From: Parasitella parasitica NRRL 2501
Taxonomy: Eukaryota; Fungi; Mucoromycota
Length of the DNA: 64,000 nucleotides
Direction: 5' to 3'
NCBI GenBank assembly: GCA_025201805.1
Contig: MU619269.1
Span: forward strand, 154,851 to 218,850
This document shows, piece after piece, positions 39,433 through 51,196 of the stretch (positions within the stretch are counted from its first letter, which is position 1; the number at the start of each line of letters is the position of its first letter). The position numbers were made by a program, and so were the translations under genes. The notes below the pieces were generated by a model, which worked only from the letters and a program-made list of their open reading frames with translations, had not been told where the DNA came from and did no database searches.

Positions 39433-40930
39433 ATGGTTTTTTCCGCTAATAAACCAAATGGCACCTTTAAGGGCCCGAATTCACACAAAACTCACTTAAA
39501 ATCTTGGTCTGACGCCGTAACAGGTGGCTCCCAGACATACTCGAGCGCCATGTCTGATCCACCATCACACCAGCCTCAAGATAAATCTGATCAATCCACC
39601 TCTAGCGCTAGTAGATCCCCCCCAAGATCACTTTGCTGAAGAAAAGGTATGTCCCTGTATCCAGGGCTCCGTACCTCATTCCATCATCATTGACATCAGC
39701 AATGCTCTTGACAACAAACAAACATTCATTGTTGATTTGAGCATCTTCTGTAAAGGAAACGTCCATATCTGGGCCATTTCTGACAAACTGATCAAAGACC
39801 ACAATCGATTGTATGCTGAAATTACTGTTTCTCCACAAATGTACCATCAATTCCTCAGGGACCCTACTCTCAAATTGGAAAATTTTGACAAACCTTTTAT
39901 GGCTTATCCGTCTCTTTCGCCCTCCGCAAACATTGTCAAACTGTCTTTGTCACAATTACCCCATCAATATGGTGGACAGCAGGGAAAAGAACAACTCCAG
40001 GAAGACATGCGCTTCAACCTCAATGAATTTGGTGACGTATTGAGTTGCGGCATCGTTTTTGGTGGCAGTGGTAGTTACACTGGTGGCGGCTATGCTGTTC
40101 TAGCTGTAAAGGAAGGCCACCATAAGAAATTATAACATACTTAGAATTGGAATTTTCAGTTAGTGGATTTTATTTCTAAATCCAACGACCTATCCGATGA
40201 TCGTGAATCGGTCCTTATTCATGCTATGTGGGCTGCTATGCCTCCTTTTTGCAAATATTGTCATTCAATGGACCACGCTTTGATTGATTGCACAATTCGC
40301 AAGAAGAAATTCACCTGCGATCTATGTTCCTAGTTTGGACACAACAAACGAGATTGCCCTCGTCGCAATCAGTCTTCTAATGAATCCGGCATAAAACGTA
40401 ATGTTTCTCCAGGACAGCAGAAGACTTTGATTACGGCATCATCCTCCGCCTCTGCCTCTGCTGCATCATTAATGCACAAGGCTGTTATTCCTAAGGCTGC
40501 TGCCAGCACTGCTGCTGACGCCCCCGCTGCTGCTGACCCCAGAGCGACGGTCGAAGTCAAAGCTGCTGTTGACCTCAGAGCTCCTGCTGAAGCCCCCGCT
40601 GCTGCTGACCCCAGAGCTAATGCTGATGCCCAAGCTACTGTTGGCCGCAGTGCTATTACTACTATTGATACCACAGGTGCTAGCGGCGCTCCTACGGAGC
40701 CAGCACCCTCGCATCACCACAATACTAGATCCAACACCTTACCCAAGTCCCAGGACATTGGAATTACTCCAATTGTCATCGCGGTTTGTAAGCATTGTAA
40801 CTTACCTGGGCATAAGCGTACCAACCATAGGGCTTGTTTGAAGAATCCTAACAATCTTCCACAACTGCCTCAACTGGACGACGATGAACGCATGGACACT
40901 GACGAGTCCCCCGCTTCCAGATGCAATTGA
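39433..40930 (+). pseudogene. LINE ORF1 (gag-like, zinc knuckles), disrupted
   Basis: KSWSDAV; GGGYAVL; WAAMPPFCKYCHSMDHALIDC and CDLCS*FGHNKRDC knuckles; Ala-rich repeats; CKHCNLPGHKRTNHRAC; frameshift near 39630 and internal stops. Confidence 0.8.
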
Positions 40931-43420
40931 TCCTCAGGCAATCTCTGACCTGTTAGACTCTTTACCAACCTCACTTCGTCTTTCGGATGCTGCTGCCCAA
41001 TCGGTTGTGGCTCCTATCACATTTGAGGATCTGGCTGAAGCCTTCGCTCGCGCTCCGGATAAATCGTCTCCTGGTAAAGATGGTCTGCCATACCAACTTG
41101 TCCAACTTATTGTCTTACATCCAGGCTGTCGGGAAATTACGCTGGCTAATTTTAACAATGCTCTTTCCTTTGCTGACATCCCTCCGTCCTGGCTTGAGTC
41201 CTGCGTCTCCTTGCTTCCGAAGAAGGGTACATTGGATCTTTTAAAAAATTGGCGCCCTATTGCATTGATCAACACTGATGCAAAAGTGTTTACACGAATT
41301 CTTAGTGCCCGAATGATCGAAACCGCTTCTACACTGATCAATTCTTTCCAAACTGGTTTTGTTCGAGGCAGGTTCATCGCCGATAATGGTATTTTGATGA
41401 AACTCATCATGGAACATGCCAACTCCACCAAGTCCTCCAGCATCGGCTTACTCTTGGATCAAGAGAAAGCATATGATCGGGTCCACCCCACATACCTTCG
41501 AGCCGTGCTCTTGCGCTTTGGTTATCCTGAAGCTTTGGTAAACTACATCCCTCATCTCTTCTTTGACAATCACATGGTTATCAATGTCAATGGATTCTTG
41601 ACGTCCAGTGTCCCTCAACATCGAGGCTTAAAGCAGGGTGATCCCCTCAGCCCCATCTTATTCAATCTGGCCTTCGAACCTCTGTTGCGACGAATCTTGG
41701 GTGATAACGCCTTGGCGGGTTTTACATTACCTTCGCCCAGCTCAACATTGATCTCCACCAACCGTGCATCCACTGCAATCAAAATGATGGCATATGCTGA
41801 TGATATCGTTTGCTTGCTGAATTCTACCTCAGAACTCGAGCAATTACAACATCATCTAAACGTCTATTCGGCTGCATCTAATGCGCTGGTCAATTATCAT
41901 AAAACCGAAGCGATATCTCTTTCCGGTTCCCCTGCGATTTATGGATCCTTATGGCGTTCCGCTCTCCTTCGTTATAATATCACCAGCTGGCATGATGCTC
42001 GATCCATTGCCCCTATCCGTTATTCAGGCTTTCCTCTCTATACATCCATTGCACAACGGAATGTATTTCTAGAGCAAATTCTCGAGAAGATATGTCAAGG
42101 CTGTCTCATCCACCAACAACGCGGATTGTCTGTGCGAGGCAGGTCGACTGTCCTGAATTCCCTCGTCCTCAGTACACTTCGGCATGTTCTGCGCGTAATG
42201 ACAGTGCTCATCTCATTCTTTGCCTCTCTCAATTCCTTCATTTCGTCCTTCATCAACTACAGGATCTTTCCGCGCATCAGTGTTGATACGGCGTGTTTAC
42301 CTCGATCACAAGGCGGCCTAGGCTTGATTAATCCACAACTACAGCAAAGTGCGTTACATTTGCGTTGGCTTCGCCCGCTTCTAGATCAAACCAGCGCCCA
42401 AATCTTGTCTAGCTCGTTGATCGTTTTACATCGCCTTGTCTCATTTTTGTTGTCTCGTTCTCCCCCCTCTCCCAGTCTTTACCCATCTCCTCCTCAACAC
42501 CTAGATCATCGTTTCTCCTTGCTGTTTCCTTGTCGTCGCCCGACCCCGCTTCGTTACAACGAAAGATCCTGGTCTTTATTGTTTAAAGCCATTGACCGAC
42601 TATCCAAGGATTTTTCAAACACCATTGTCAGTGCATCCACCTATCTAGAGATCCCTCTGGCATCTGTGGTCATTCCTTCTTCCTCTTCGGTAGACCTTAG
42701 TCGTTCGCTCGCTAAGCTACCTAGCTCGTTAGCCTATACCATGGACTCGGACACCGATTTCTGTCTTCGTCCAAAGCGCCCCGGCGAATTTTCTGTCCAT
42801 TCCAACCTTGCAAAGAGGTTTATGAAATTAGTTAAACATAATGACATCAAGCTCGCCCCTTTCTTTGTTCGAGCGTTCATCCATTCTCACTTTTCAGCCC
42901 TTGGTCGATTCCCTTTTCGGCAGGTCGCGGACCATTCGATTATTGACTTGACACCTTTCGTCAAGACTTTGAATCTCTGCTCTTCTCCTGACACTGGAAT
43001 TCGTCGCCAAGAGCTGTCAACAAAATCCTACCGTAGGCTATGCAGGTCACCACCACCTGACACACCACTCCTCCCGCTTCCTTTCAGCCCTGATATCCCG
43101 GTAAACTGGTTCGACTTTTGGCTACTATCAATCTCTCATTCCTGCCGAAACATTTGGTACCGTTTCCTCCATCGGAAACTCCCTCACAAATCACTACTAA
43201 ATCGCATAATCCCTGAATTCTTTCCAACCCCTTCTTGTGCCCTCTGCTCTCAATCCAACGATACACTGGACCACTTTCTTTTCTCGTGTCCCATTAAATT
43301 GACCGTATGGCAATTGATTCAACAGCGCCACCTTCCATTCCTTGCCAGTTCGTTGACTTCCTTTGATCTCCACCTACTCCTCACTACTCTCCGCTTTCCT
43401 ACTGATTTTCCTCAATCAGC
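39433..43420 (+). mobile_element. L1/Tx1-like non-LTR retrotransposon (LINE), internally deleted and 3'-truncated
   Basis: Disrupted gag-like ORF1 followed directly by an RT ORF2; no poly(A) tail visible. Confidence 0.9.
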
Positions 43421-43529
43421 GACGAACTTTGAAATAAAATATACATTATATAGCTATAGCCAGATACATACTATACACGCGCCGAATGTCAATTACCCCT
43501 CAACTATCTGCATTCATAAGTATGAATGA
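40884..43529 (+). CDS. LINE ORF2 reverse transcriptase with zf-RVT, lacking the AP endonuclease
   Basis: SPGKDGLPY, NWRPIALINTDAKVFTR, QTGFVRGR, LDQEKAYDRV, GLKQGDPLSP, YADD, GGLGL, CALC...DTLDHFLFSC. The last 35 or so codons run into unrelated sequence. Confidence 0.93.
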   Translation: MNAWTLTSPPLPDAIDPQAISDLLDSLPTSLRLSDAAAQSVVAPITFEDLAEAFARAPDKSSPGKDGLPYQLVQLIVLHPGCREITLANFNNALSFADIPPSWLESCVSLLPKKGTLDLLKNWRPIALINTDAKVFTRILSARMIETASTLINSFQTGFVRGRFIADNGILMKLIMEHANSTKSSSIGLLLDQEKAYDRVHPTYLRAVLLRFGYPEALVNYIPHLFFDNHMVINVNGFLTSSVPQHRGLKQGDPLSPILFNLAFEPLLRRILGDNALAGFTLPSPSSTLISTNRASTAIKMMAYADDIVCLLNSTSELEQLQHHLNVYSAASNALVNYHKTEAISLSGSPAIYGSLWRSALLRYNITSWHDARSIAPIRYSGFPLYTSIAQRNVFLEQILEKICQGCLIHQQRGLSVRGRSTVLNSLVLSTLRHVLRVMTVLISFFASLNSFISSFINYRIFPRISVDTACLPRSQGGLGLINPQLQQSALHLRWLRPLLDQTSAQILSSSLIVLHRLVSFLLSRSPPSPSLYPSPPQHLDHRFSLLFPCRRPTPLRYNERSWSLLFKAIDRLSKDFSNTIVSASTYLEIPLASVVIPSSSSVDLSRSLAKLPSSLAYTMDSDTDFCLRPKRPGEFSVHSNLAKRFMKLVKHNDIKLAPFFVRAFIHSHFSALGRFPFRQVADHSIIDLTPFVKTLNLCSSPDTGIRRQELSTKSYRRLCRSPPPDTPLLPLPFSPDIPVNWFDFWLLSISHSCRNIWYRFLHRKLPHKSLLNRIIPEFFPTPSCALCSQSNDTLDHFLFSCPIKLTVWQLIQQRHLPFLASSLTSFDLHLLLTTLRFPTDFPQSATNFEIKYTLYSYSQIHTIHAPNVNYPSTICIHKYE

Positions 43530-43824
43530 AGGACTTGTTATCAGTGATATCATCAAACACAAACGAATTTCAGTGGAAGAAATTAAAAGGATGTGGATAC
43601 GACGATTTACTTCAGGAGTCAAAGACAATGTACCTATCATAGATTCCGTAGAAGTAAACTGGGTTGGCTTACTAGCTGAAGGAGTAAAAAAAGCAAAAGA
43701 AATTATGATACAATCCCTTAAAGGCAAAAGAACCTTTGCGCTTTTAGAAGGTTATGAAAAAGAAAACGATTCTATTGCAAAATCAGTGGCTGGGCCACAA
43801 GCCGATGGCAATACTAATAAGGTA

Positions 43825-44119
43825 TCTATCTATATCTATATAATTACAAGCAAAGCATTATATCAAAAGAGCTCTCCAAAAATCATACAATAAATGTAGT
43901 ATATACTGAAGTGTTTCAATCTTCTTAAATATATAAGCAAACTGTGCAATACAAACTGGAACTTTTTTTTTATTTCGATTGATTTAGCATTGTCGAGTGG
44001 GACAGCCCGCTGCAGGCGCGAGCTATGCACCCCCCAATAGAACGAAGGTCGAAAAATATCACCGAAGCGAAGCGAAGGCCGATTTTTTTCACCATAGTTC
44101 GGGGGTGTATGAAAGCTCG
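43825..44119 (+). mobile_element. Short non-autonomous Helitron-like unit
   Basis: Starts A|TCTATCTATATCTATATAATTA; ends with a long stem-loop (44019-44119) and CTCG|T. Confidence 0.5.
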
Positions 44120-45498
44120 TCTATATAATTAAAAAAATGGTCTGCTAACTTTTTTTACACGCTTCGTCGCTTGAAGCTCTAAATCAAGAAGAAATGGAGT
44201 TAACAAATGCTTTAGTTGGTTTTTTCAGTTCCATTCCAGTTTGTTAAATTTCGAGAAGTTGGCATTGAGCCAAGCACATCCTCAATTTCAGAAACTGATT
44301 AAAAATACTTTAAAACTTCAGCAAAATGTGCGTATGAAACAAAACATAAAATAGATGATCATGTACATTAATTTAAAATTAAAACCCTCTAAACAAAGTG
44401 AATAGTGTCGAAATTCGGGCGAAAAAGCTTGAATCTTTCGAAATTGGACACGGTCTAACCAGCAAAAGCGACTTTTTAAGCTGCACACTCTGTTTTATTA
44501 TTTAATACAAATATGTTGACGCTTTTTATTACTACAAACACAGAGTGCCAGCTATTAAAATCTGCTCAAGCTGTGGTCAAGAAGGCCATTCGCGTTCTGC
44601 AAGCAGGCTTTGCCTCAATAACACCCGTGCTAATACTAACAATTGCGGAAGCTGTGGTGTCATAGGCCATCATCGATCTTCTTATCGTTATTGCGCTAAC
44701 AACATTGCTAATTGTATGACTCAAATTTGTTTTCACTTTACAATCATAATCGAACTCTTCGTATAAACTGGGATCTCAATCTGAAACTATGAAAGTAGAT
44801 CAGCAAACAGAAACAATCAGCGTTAATGATGCAACCAGCAGACGTGTTTGTTCAAGCTGTGGACAAGAAAGTCATTTGCGATCTACCAGTAGATTGGGTG
44901 CCAAATTAATACACAACAATACTCATAACATGGCTAGAAGAATTACACCCTCTTTCACCAAACGCCATGATCTTGGTGGAAGGAACAGCATCTGTCGCCA
45001 TTGTCAAGCACGCATGTGGGCATAGAGAAAAATGGAGGCACCAGTGCAAACCCCGATTTTCTCTTTGTGCTGTCCTGAGTTGATTGCTAATTTTCTGTTA
45101 GACCTGTATTCACCTTGACCATCAAGGCCCAAGGTCACTCGACTTTCTTGGTCTTTTTCTCACACGGCCAGTTATATGTTGCTTTCTCGCACATTAAGCA
45201 GCTATCTTCAATCAAAATTCTTCTGCATAGAAATACCTCAACTACCAAAAACTATACTGGATCATACACCGATAATATTGTATTCCATGAGGTATTTAAA
45301 TAACTCTACTGCTTTTTATGTTTTTTTTCCTATTGTGCCTTACTACATCTCTATTTTTATTTCTGTCTAACAATATATTTTAAGTTATAGATAAACAACA
45401 ATAAAAGAGCATTGAATATCTGATTAGCACTTATCAAATGATTGAGCTCCCAGTAGGGCGACGATGGCCGTCGTGAGCGAAGCGAGCAGGTCAGCTAG
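44120..45498 (+). mobile_element. Internally deleted Helitron
   Basis: 5' TCTATATAATTAAAA; zinc-knuckle repeats and RHDLGGRNSICRHCQARMW (Rep N-terminus) joined to a Pif1 C-terminus TIKAQG..FSHGQLYVAFS..NIVFHEVF; GC-rich hairpin and CTAG|T at 45495-45499. Confidence 0.85.
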
Positions 45499-46958
45499 TA
45501 CAATTAAAAATAATAATTAAAAATAATAATTAATTCATGCCTCGATTTAGAAAAAAAAAAAGGAAAAGAGACAGCTCACTATGTCCAAGAAGCAACGGAA
45601 TCTGATGCTATACAACCAAAACATTTCGGGTCTAATGTACAATCCATAGACAGTTCTAGTGTAGATACCATAGCCAAATCTAGCGTACAGTCTGATGATG
45701 TTTCAGCTCAAAGTACCCCTTTTTTACAGATCATTTACAGTAACAACGACGTCGATAGTTCTTATAAAGAAAAGGAGTCGGAAACTACGACCAATATATC
45801 GTCTGCTTGGTGTATTGTGGGTTACGTTTGGTCGATGACACTCAGTGAATTAAATATTATCTCTGAAGGAAAGAAAGAAATGGTTACTAGCAATTCAAAT
45901 ATAAAGTCGATATATGATAATACTCACAATCTTGCCTTTGAAAAGCTTTTAAAACCATCAGATATTGACAAAAGACCTTTTCTATCTGCTATGAAACATT
46001 TGTTGTTTCATTTAGTGACGGATATTATCCATATGAGCGTGTTTCTGTTGGACTGTTGCCCACCTCCTTCAACAAGAACAGCCTGAGCCTTTGAATGGAT
46101 TGATCAACGGAAGTCATCCACGCTCAGCGCATTTCTTGCAGCATATGAGACGGTACAACACTTTGTTTGCGTTTACCTCATTTGGTACTGATGCCACCCC
46201 TGAGCAACTTCAACGAGAGAGACAAGAAGAAATCAGAGATGGAATCATTCCAGTTCGTGTTCATGGAGAACTATATCATTTGCAAGCTCCTTTGAATTTG
46301 AACAACAGCCAGCTGTGTATTTATGATCCGGATTATTCTGCTGCAATTCGATCTGCAGATCAACGGAATGAAGGGTTAGATGAGACAGTCATTGAGCAGT
46401 TGAGCGAGATGATTGCTAATCCAGAAATTTTTGGCAACCCTTTTGTCCAAGTATACAAGCACACTCACGAAATTTTGAGAGAGGAAGAGGAGCGACAAGC
46501 CCAAAATGGTATCAACGAAGATGCTCACATCAGGCTCAACCTTCAGATGCGAATGGAGCTAATTGTTGGTGAAGACAGCCGCACCCAAAATCTGCCAACT
46601 GTCAACGAGATTGCGGCTATTATACCCAACGAATATGCTGACAGGAGTTTCAGAGATATTTTGATTACATATCGAAATAGCTCCTCCACCAGTGCTCAGG
46701 GTCTTTTCAAAAGAATTAATGAAACGCATGCTGCCCACATGCCCCTTCATTATGTCTTGCTTTTCCCTAGAGGCGAATATCCAGTAGAGGGACGTGGGGT
46801 GGGGGTTCATTAGGGATACTTCCCTCTGACTATTATGTAAACTTCTCCATAATTATCAATGCCTGATTGCTTGATTTAACTAAATTTTTATTGTTGTGTA
46901 AATTAGATCTTCCCGCAGAGCGACGCCGTCATCGAGCGTAGCGAGATCAAACGGCTAG
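45499..46958 (+). mobile_element. Helitron fragment containing the Rep N-terminal region (ORF 46091-46813)
   Basis: FLQHMRRYNTLFAFTSFG, VHGELYH, QLCIYD, NPFVQVYK, NLPTVNEIAAII, RDILI, PLHYVLLFPRGE; hairpin GCCGT...ACGGC and CTAG|T at 46955-46959. Confidence 0.88.
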
Positions 46959-47437
46959 TAATGATAATACGCGAATAATAATACATGAAAAAGATTTTTG
47001 AGTGGAGTGAATCCGTGGAGAAGAGACAATTTAAAATTATGTCAGGTGAACAGAAGCTTTGAATGGCACAGGTATAATTAAGTTTGTCAAGGAGCTATAA
47101 ACATGATATAAGAATTAGGTGGTTACATGATATGTATTGCAACGATGCAGAGAGTGCGTATCCTTGGTGGCGAATTCGCTTAAGTAGTATTACTGTTTTC
47201 AAAACTTTACATTTCGACCTCTCTACACTTGTTTACCTCTATTACAATTTACAAACTTCACATTGAGTGTCTCGCTTCCTTTTGAGATATTAAATCAATT
47301 ATTTAATACTTGATCTGAGTGGGTATAAACTTCGTAATCCTGAAAAATAAATAAATAAGTATCAAATAATTGAATTATGTTTAGCTGCATCAGCAAACTG
47401 GAAACAAGATCAACCAAATCAATGAAGCAAACTTTGC

Positions 47438-48239
47438 TCTGCTGAAATGCATAATTCTCTACACCAGCATCGAGAGCAAACCATCTACCACCTAGGATGT
47501 ATTTGTAATATACATTATTCAACCAAGGGTAGCCACACATCGTGACATGTCACCGGTTAAAACGAAGAGAACACAACCAGCAAAGCTATAATTGTTGGTG
47601 CTTCCACTGATTCCCAAATCCAAATATTGCTTCTTTAAAAAGCGTATTGGTTGAACCATCTATTAATCGGTTATCTAACATTCTAGATAATATTCAACAA
47701 TCAATATTCTGTGGCTTGCAAGGTGCAATGGCAGAACGGTCAATAAAGCTAAAGGTGTTCCTCATTCCGCGCAGACCATTAAAAGCTTCAAAAGATTGGT
47801 TGATCCTGTTTATAGTCTACTCGTAGCCTATTAAACTTCCCTGTTGGAAAGAATACCAGCTCTTTTTATAGAATAAAAATTTAGATAAAGTTGTTCTGCT
47901 GAAATGCATAATTCTCTACACCAACATCGAGAACAAACCATCTACCACCTAGGATGTATTTGTAATATACATTATTCAACCAAGGGTAGCCACACATCGT
48001 GACATGTCACCGGTTAAAACGAAGAGAACACAACCAGCAAAGCTATAATTGTTGGTGCTTCCACTGATTCCCAAATCCAAATATTGCTTCTTTAAAAAGC
48101 GTATTGGTTGAACCATCTATTAATCGGTTATCTAACATTCTAGATAATATTCAACAATCAATATTCTGTGGCTTGCAAGGTGCAATGGACAGAACGGTCA
48201 ATACAGCTAAAGGTGTTCCTCATTCCGCGCAGACCATTA
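47438..48239. repeat. About 344-bp near-identical direct duplication (47438-47781 and 47895-48239)
   Basis: Both copies run TCTGCTGAAATGCATAATTCTCTACACC...CATTCCGCGCAGACCATTA with few differences; spacer about 113 bp. Confidence 0.95.
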
Positions 48240-48479
48240 GACTTTAGAATGAAAATAGAGTTGACTAAAGATTTTTTTTGTTTTTGTTTATGAGGAGTCG
48301 AGCTCAGTTTTATCAAGTAGCGGTCCCATGTGTTTTTTTTATTAGGCTATACGCATCTTGGCATTGCATACATTTATATTTATACTTCGTTCTTCAATTA
48401 GCATCTACAGTCATTTCAAAAAGTAAAGTCGCTGATTTTGATGTTGTGCAAAAAAAAAAAAGAATGAAAAAAGGGAAAT

Positions 48480-48545
48480 TTGTTTAAGCACTTTGTTAAG
48501 CACTTTTTGTAAAGCATTTTTGTGAAGCATTTTTGTTAAGCACTT
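48480..48545. repeat. Minisatellite, about 13-bp unit x5
   Basis: TTTGT(T/A/G)AAGCA(C/T) repeated in tandem. Confidence 0.85.
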
Positions 48546-48765
48546 GGAGATTGACGAAAGCAAGTTTGGTAAATGTAAGTACCACTGGGATCATGCTGTT
48601 GCTGGGTGTTTGGGTTTTGTATTTGTTCACTTTTGTTGACCCAGCCTGCCCACATGCATGGTCTAACATAATTGCCTCTTACCGTAAAAAAGAAAAGAAA
48701 AAGAAAACACGGCAAAGCCCACACATAGATCGAATAATTCTTTTTATTTTTGAGTTGATTATTAA

Positions 48766-49878
48766 TTATGTTGATATTTCAAATGACATGATCGTTGGGC
48801 GGTGTCGGCTAGGCATTGCTTGATGGACTGATGCTTTGCAGATGCGATTGAAGGTGTCAACTACGCGACAAACGCGAGGCATATCCACATTAAGTTTAGT
48901 TAAATCATCCAAGCAGCTAGGAATCTTGATTTTTTCCAGCTCGTACATGACATAAAGTCCTGTTGATGGCAAAACCAAGACATAAAACGTAACCATTCTT
49001 CCAATAACCTGCAGACCCAGGACACCTTCCATGTTTTGTGCATCGAGAGCATTCTTGCAGAATATACCAACGCGAAGTAGATCCCGACAAATCGAATAAT
49101 TGTTACCACCTTGAGCAGCTGACTTGGCTTCCCCATAGCCATGATTCGACGCCCATGTCATCCCATGTAAACGACTTATACATATATCGGGACGTTTTGT
49201 TGATAAATCTTCATGCTGTCGAGCTTCAGTTATTTCATTAGTCCATCGTAGGTATATGCCCTCGTCCGAATCGTCAAATAAACCAGATAAAAAAGGATCA
49301 ACGAATCGAGTGCTAAGTTCAAATTCGTTGGTGTCTTCTGCAATAGGTACGGGAGGAAGCTTTCGAATCAAATCGATTATGCATTTTTTGAACTTGTTTT
49401 CATTTGTGGGGAGGTCCAAATCCAAAAGATGTGCAATCGCTTTATCTCGACTGATTACTCCCATGGTAAGATCTTGAACGATGCCGAACATGCTGGTAGT
49501 CGTCGCCATTGACATTGGAAGCTTTTTAATGCCATATTTTGTCTCAATCCCATTGATGGTTGCCTTGAGGTCGTGATTGCTGAAATAGGGTGATAAATCC
49601 TCTGGGTACTGATTTCGTGACAAGAGCAAAATGTGGGTGGCTGCCATGGCGCAGTGGATGTGATTTTCGAATGATAGTTTCCATTCGTGTTCACATAATG
49701 AAAGCTGCAGCTTATGAAACGCTATTGTTGCATCGAAGTTTTGTACCAACAAATGGTCATCGTGATCAAGAGGCGGAAACGATAGGCATAATGGATCCAA
49801 CAACTCAGTTCCAAGGATATTGCTTAAGCGACGGTTGTTAGGCTGGTCTTGGCTGTTGTAGCTTTGTTGCCCTGTCAC
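48766..49878 (-). CDS. PD-(D/E)xK restriction-endonuclease-fold protein (TE-associated), probably 5'-truncated
   Basis: NEFELSTRFVDPFL...WTNE...RPDICI...GYGEAK...DLLRVGIFCKNALD...GLQVIG..VTFYVL...GLYVMYEL..IKIP; no ATG start in the ORF track. Confidence 0.7.
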   Translation of the reverse strand: MTGQQSYNSQDQPNNRRLSNILGTELLDPLCLSFPPLDHDDHLLVQNFDATIAFHKLQLSLCEHEWKLSFENHIHCAMAATHILLLSRNQYPEDLSPYFSNHDLKATINGIETKYGIKKLPMSMATTTSMFGIVQDLTMGVISRDKAIAHLLDLDLPTNENKFKKCIIDLIRKLPPVPIAEDTNEFELSTRFVDPFLSGLFDDSDEGIYLRWTNEITEARQHEDLSTKRPDICISRLHGMTWASNHGYGEAKSAAQGGNNYSICRDLLRVGIFCKNALDAQNMEGVLGLQVIGRMVTFYVLVLPSTGLYVMYELEKIKIPSCLDDLTKLNVDMPRVCRVVDTFNRICKASVHQAMPSRHRPTIMSFEIST

Positions 49879-49959
49879 TGGTTCTTCGTAGGACTGACAC
49901 TGTTAAATACCATCCTCGGGGTGGTCCATGAAATATAAGGATTCAGCAAATCCATCGGA

Positions 49960-50690
49960 ATTTTTAAGCAATATAATTGATGAAGAAGACGAGGGAAATA
50001 TTTTGACATTAGAGCAACTTCAGCAGAGACCTATTAATGAGTTCCCAGGAAAATTCCCCTCAAAAAATGCAATAATATAAAAGCTGTGTTTGACCCTCAA
50101 AAGAACATCCCCAGTGGAAGAAATACAAACAACTGAAAGAATAGGAAGAGAGCGAAAGGTATTAATTGCTTAACAAACTGTATTTTTGTTGATGAAGAAA
50201 GTGGAATTAATGCCTGTATGGTACCCGGACATGCAAGTTCTGTCAAAGGAAAGAAGGCCCACGTAATCACAAAGACGAAAAGAGACAAGAACATTTCAAT
50301 CATTGATACTATTTCAGCAAAAAGGGTTGAATCTTCACAAGCTGTTATGACAGATGTTTCTACAAACAGGGTTTTCTTTGCTGAAATTATCAAGCAGCTG
50401 TTGGAATGGGTTGATATGGAAAACCCACAACAAGGACTCTATTTTATTATGGATGATGTAAAATTTTATAAGAGTCCTATCTTTTCAACACTCAAAAAAT
50501 AGCTGCCATTTCTTGCCATCATATTCTCTTGATAAATACTATCGAAACTAGCTTTAACAAAGGAAAACAGAGAGACTCTCTTGAGGCTCATTAAGGAAGC
50601 AGAGAAGAAACAACTTCTCAAGACTGTGAAGGATGGGAACATCATTTTGTCAATAATCTCGGTAGATTCATTGATGGAGAAGATCCCTAA
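49960..50690 (+). pseudogene. Tc1/IS630-like DDE transposase relic
   Basis: NCIFVDEESGIN, KNISIIDTISA, YFIMDDVKFYKS, FLPSYS, DCEGW; multiple stops and frameshifts. Confidence 0.8.
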
Positions 50691-51196
50691 ATACTGTGGC
50701 CATTTTTGTGAGATTTATTTTCAGATTTTGTGGGTGAGTTTGATTTGATAATACAATAATTTTCTATTTTACATTAAAGAGAAGATATGAGTAAGATTTC
50801 TACACGACATGTCACGATCTGATCTTGATGTAATCTTTGAATAAGCCTAGAAACTTGCAATAGGTTCCATTATTCATCCTTATTTGTAAAAGAGTTACCA
50901 ACAATTAATACCATGACCCGTAAATTATAACTATGTTAGAATATGACATATGTAGCCTTTATATCAATACAACAATAGAATTATTGCCATTCGATACTAT
51001 TGCAATGCAATTATGGATTAACAGAAAGAAAAATTTAAACCTAAAGCTTTCATTCCTAGGATATAAATACTTACCATGTCAGCCATCGTAATAGGCGTAC
51101 ACCTAATATTAGGAGCTACTCACAGAGAGTAGGTTCGTGAATTAGTGTACTTTCATTATGAGAAATCTTACCTCTTGGCAACGCTATAACTAATAT

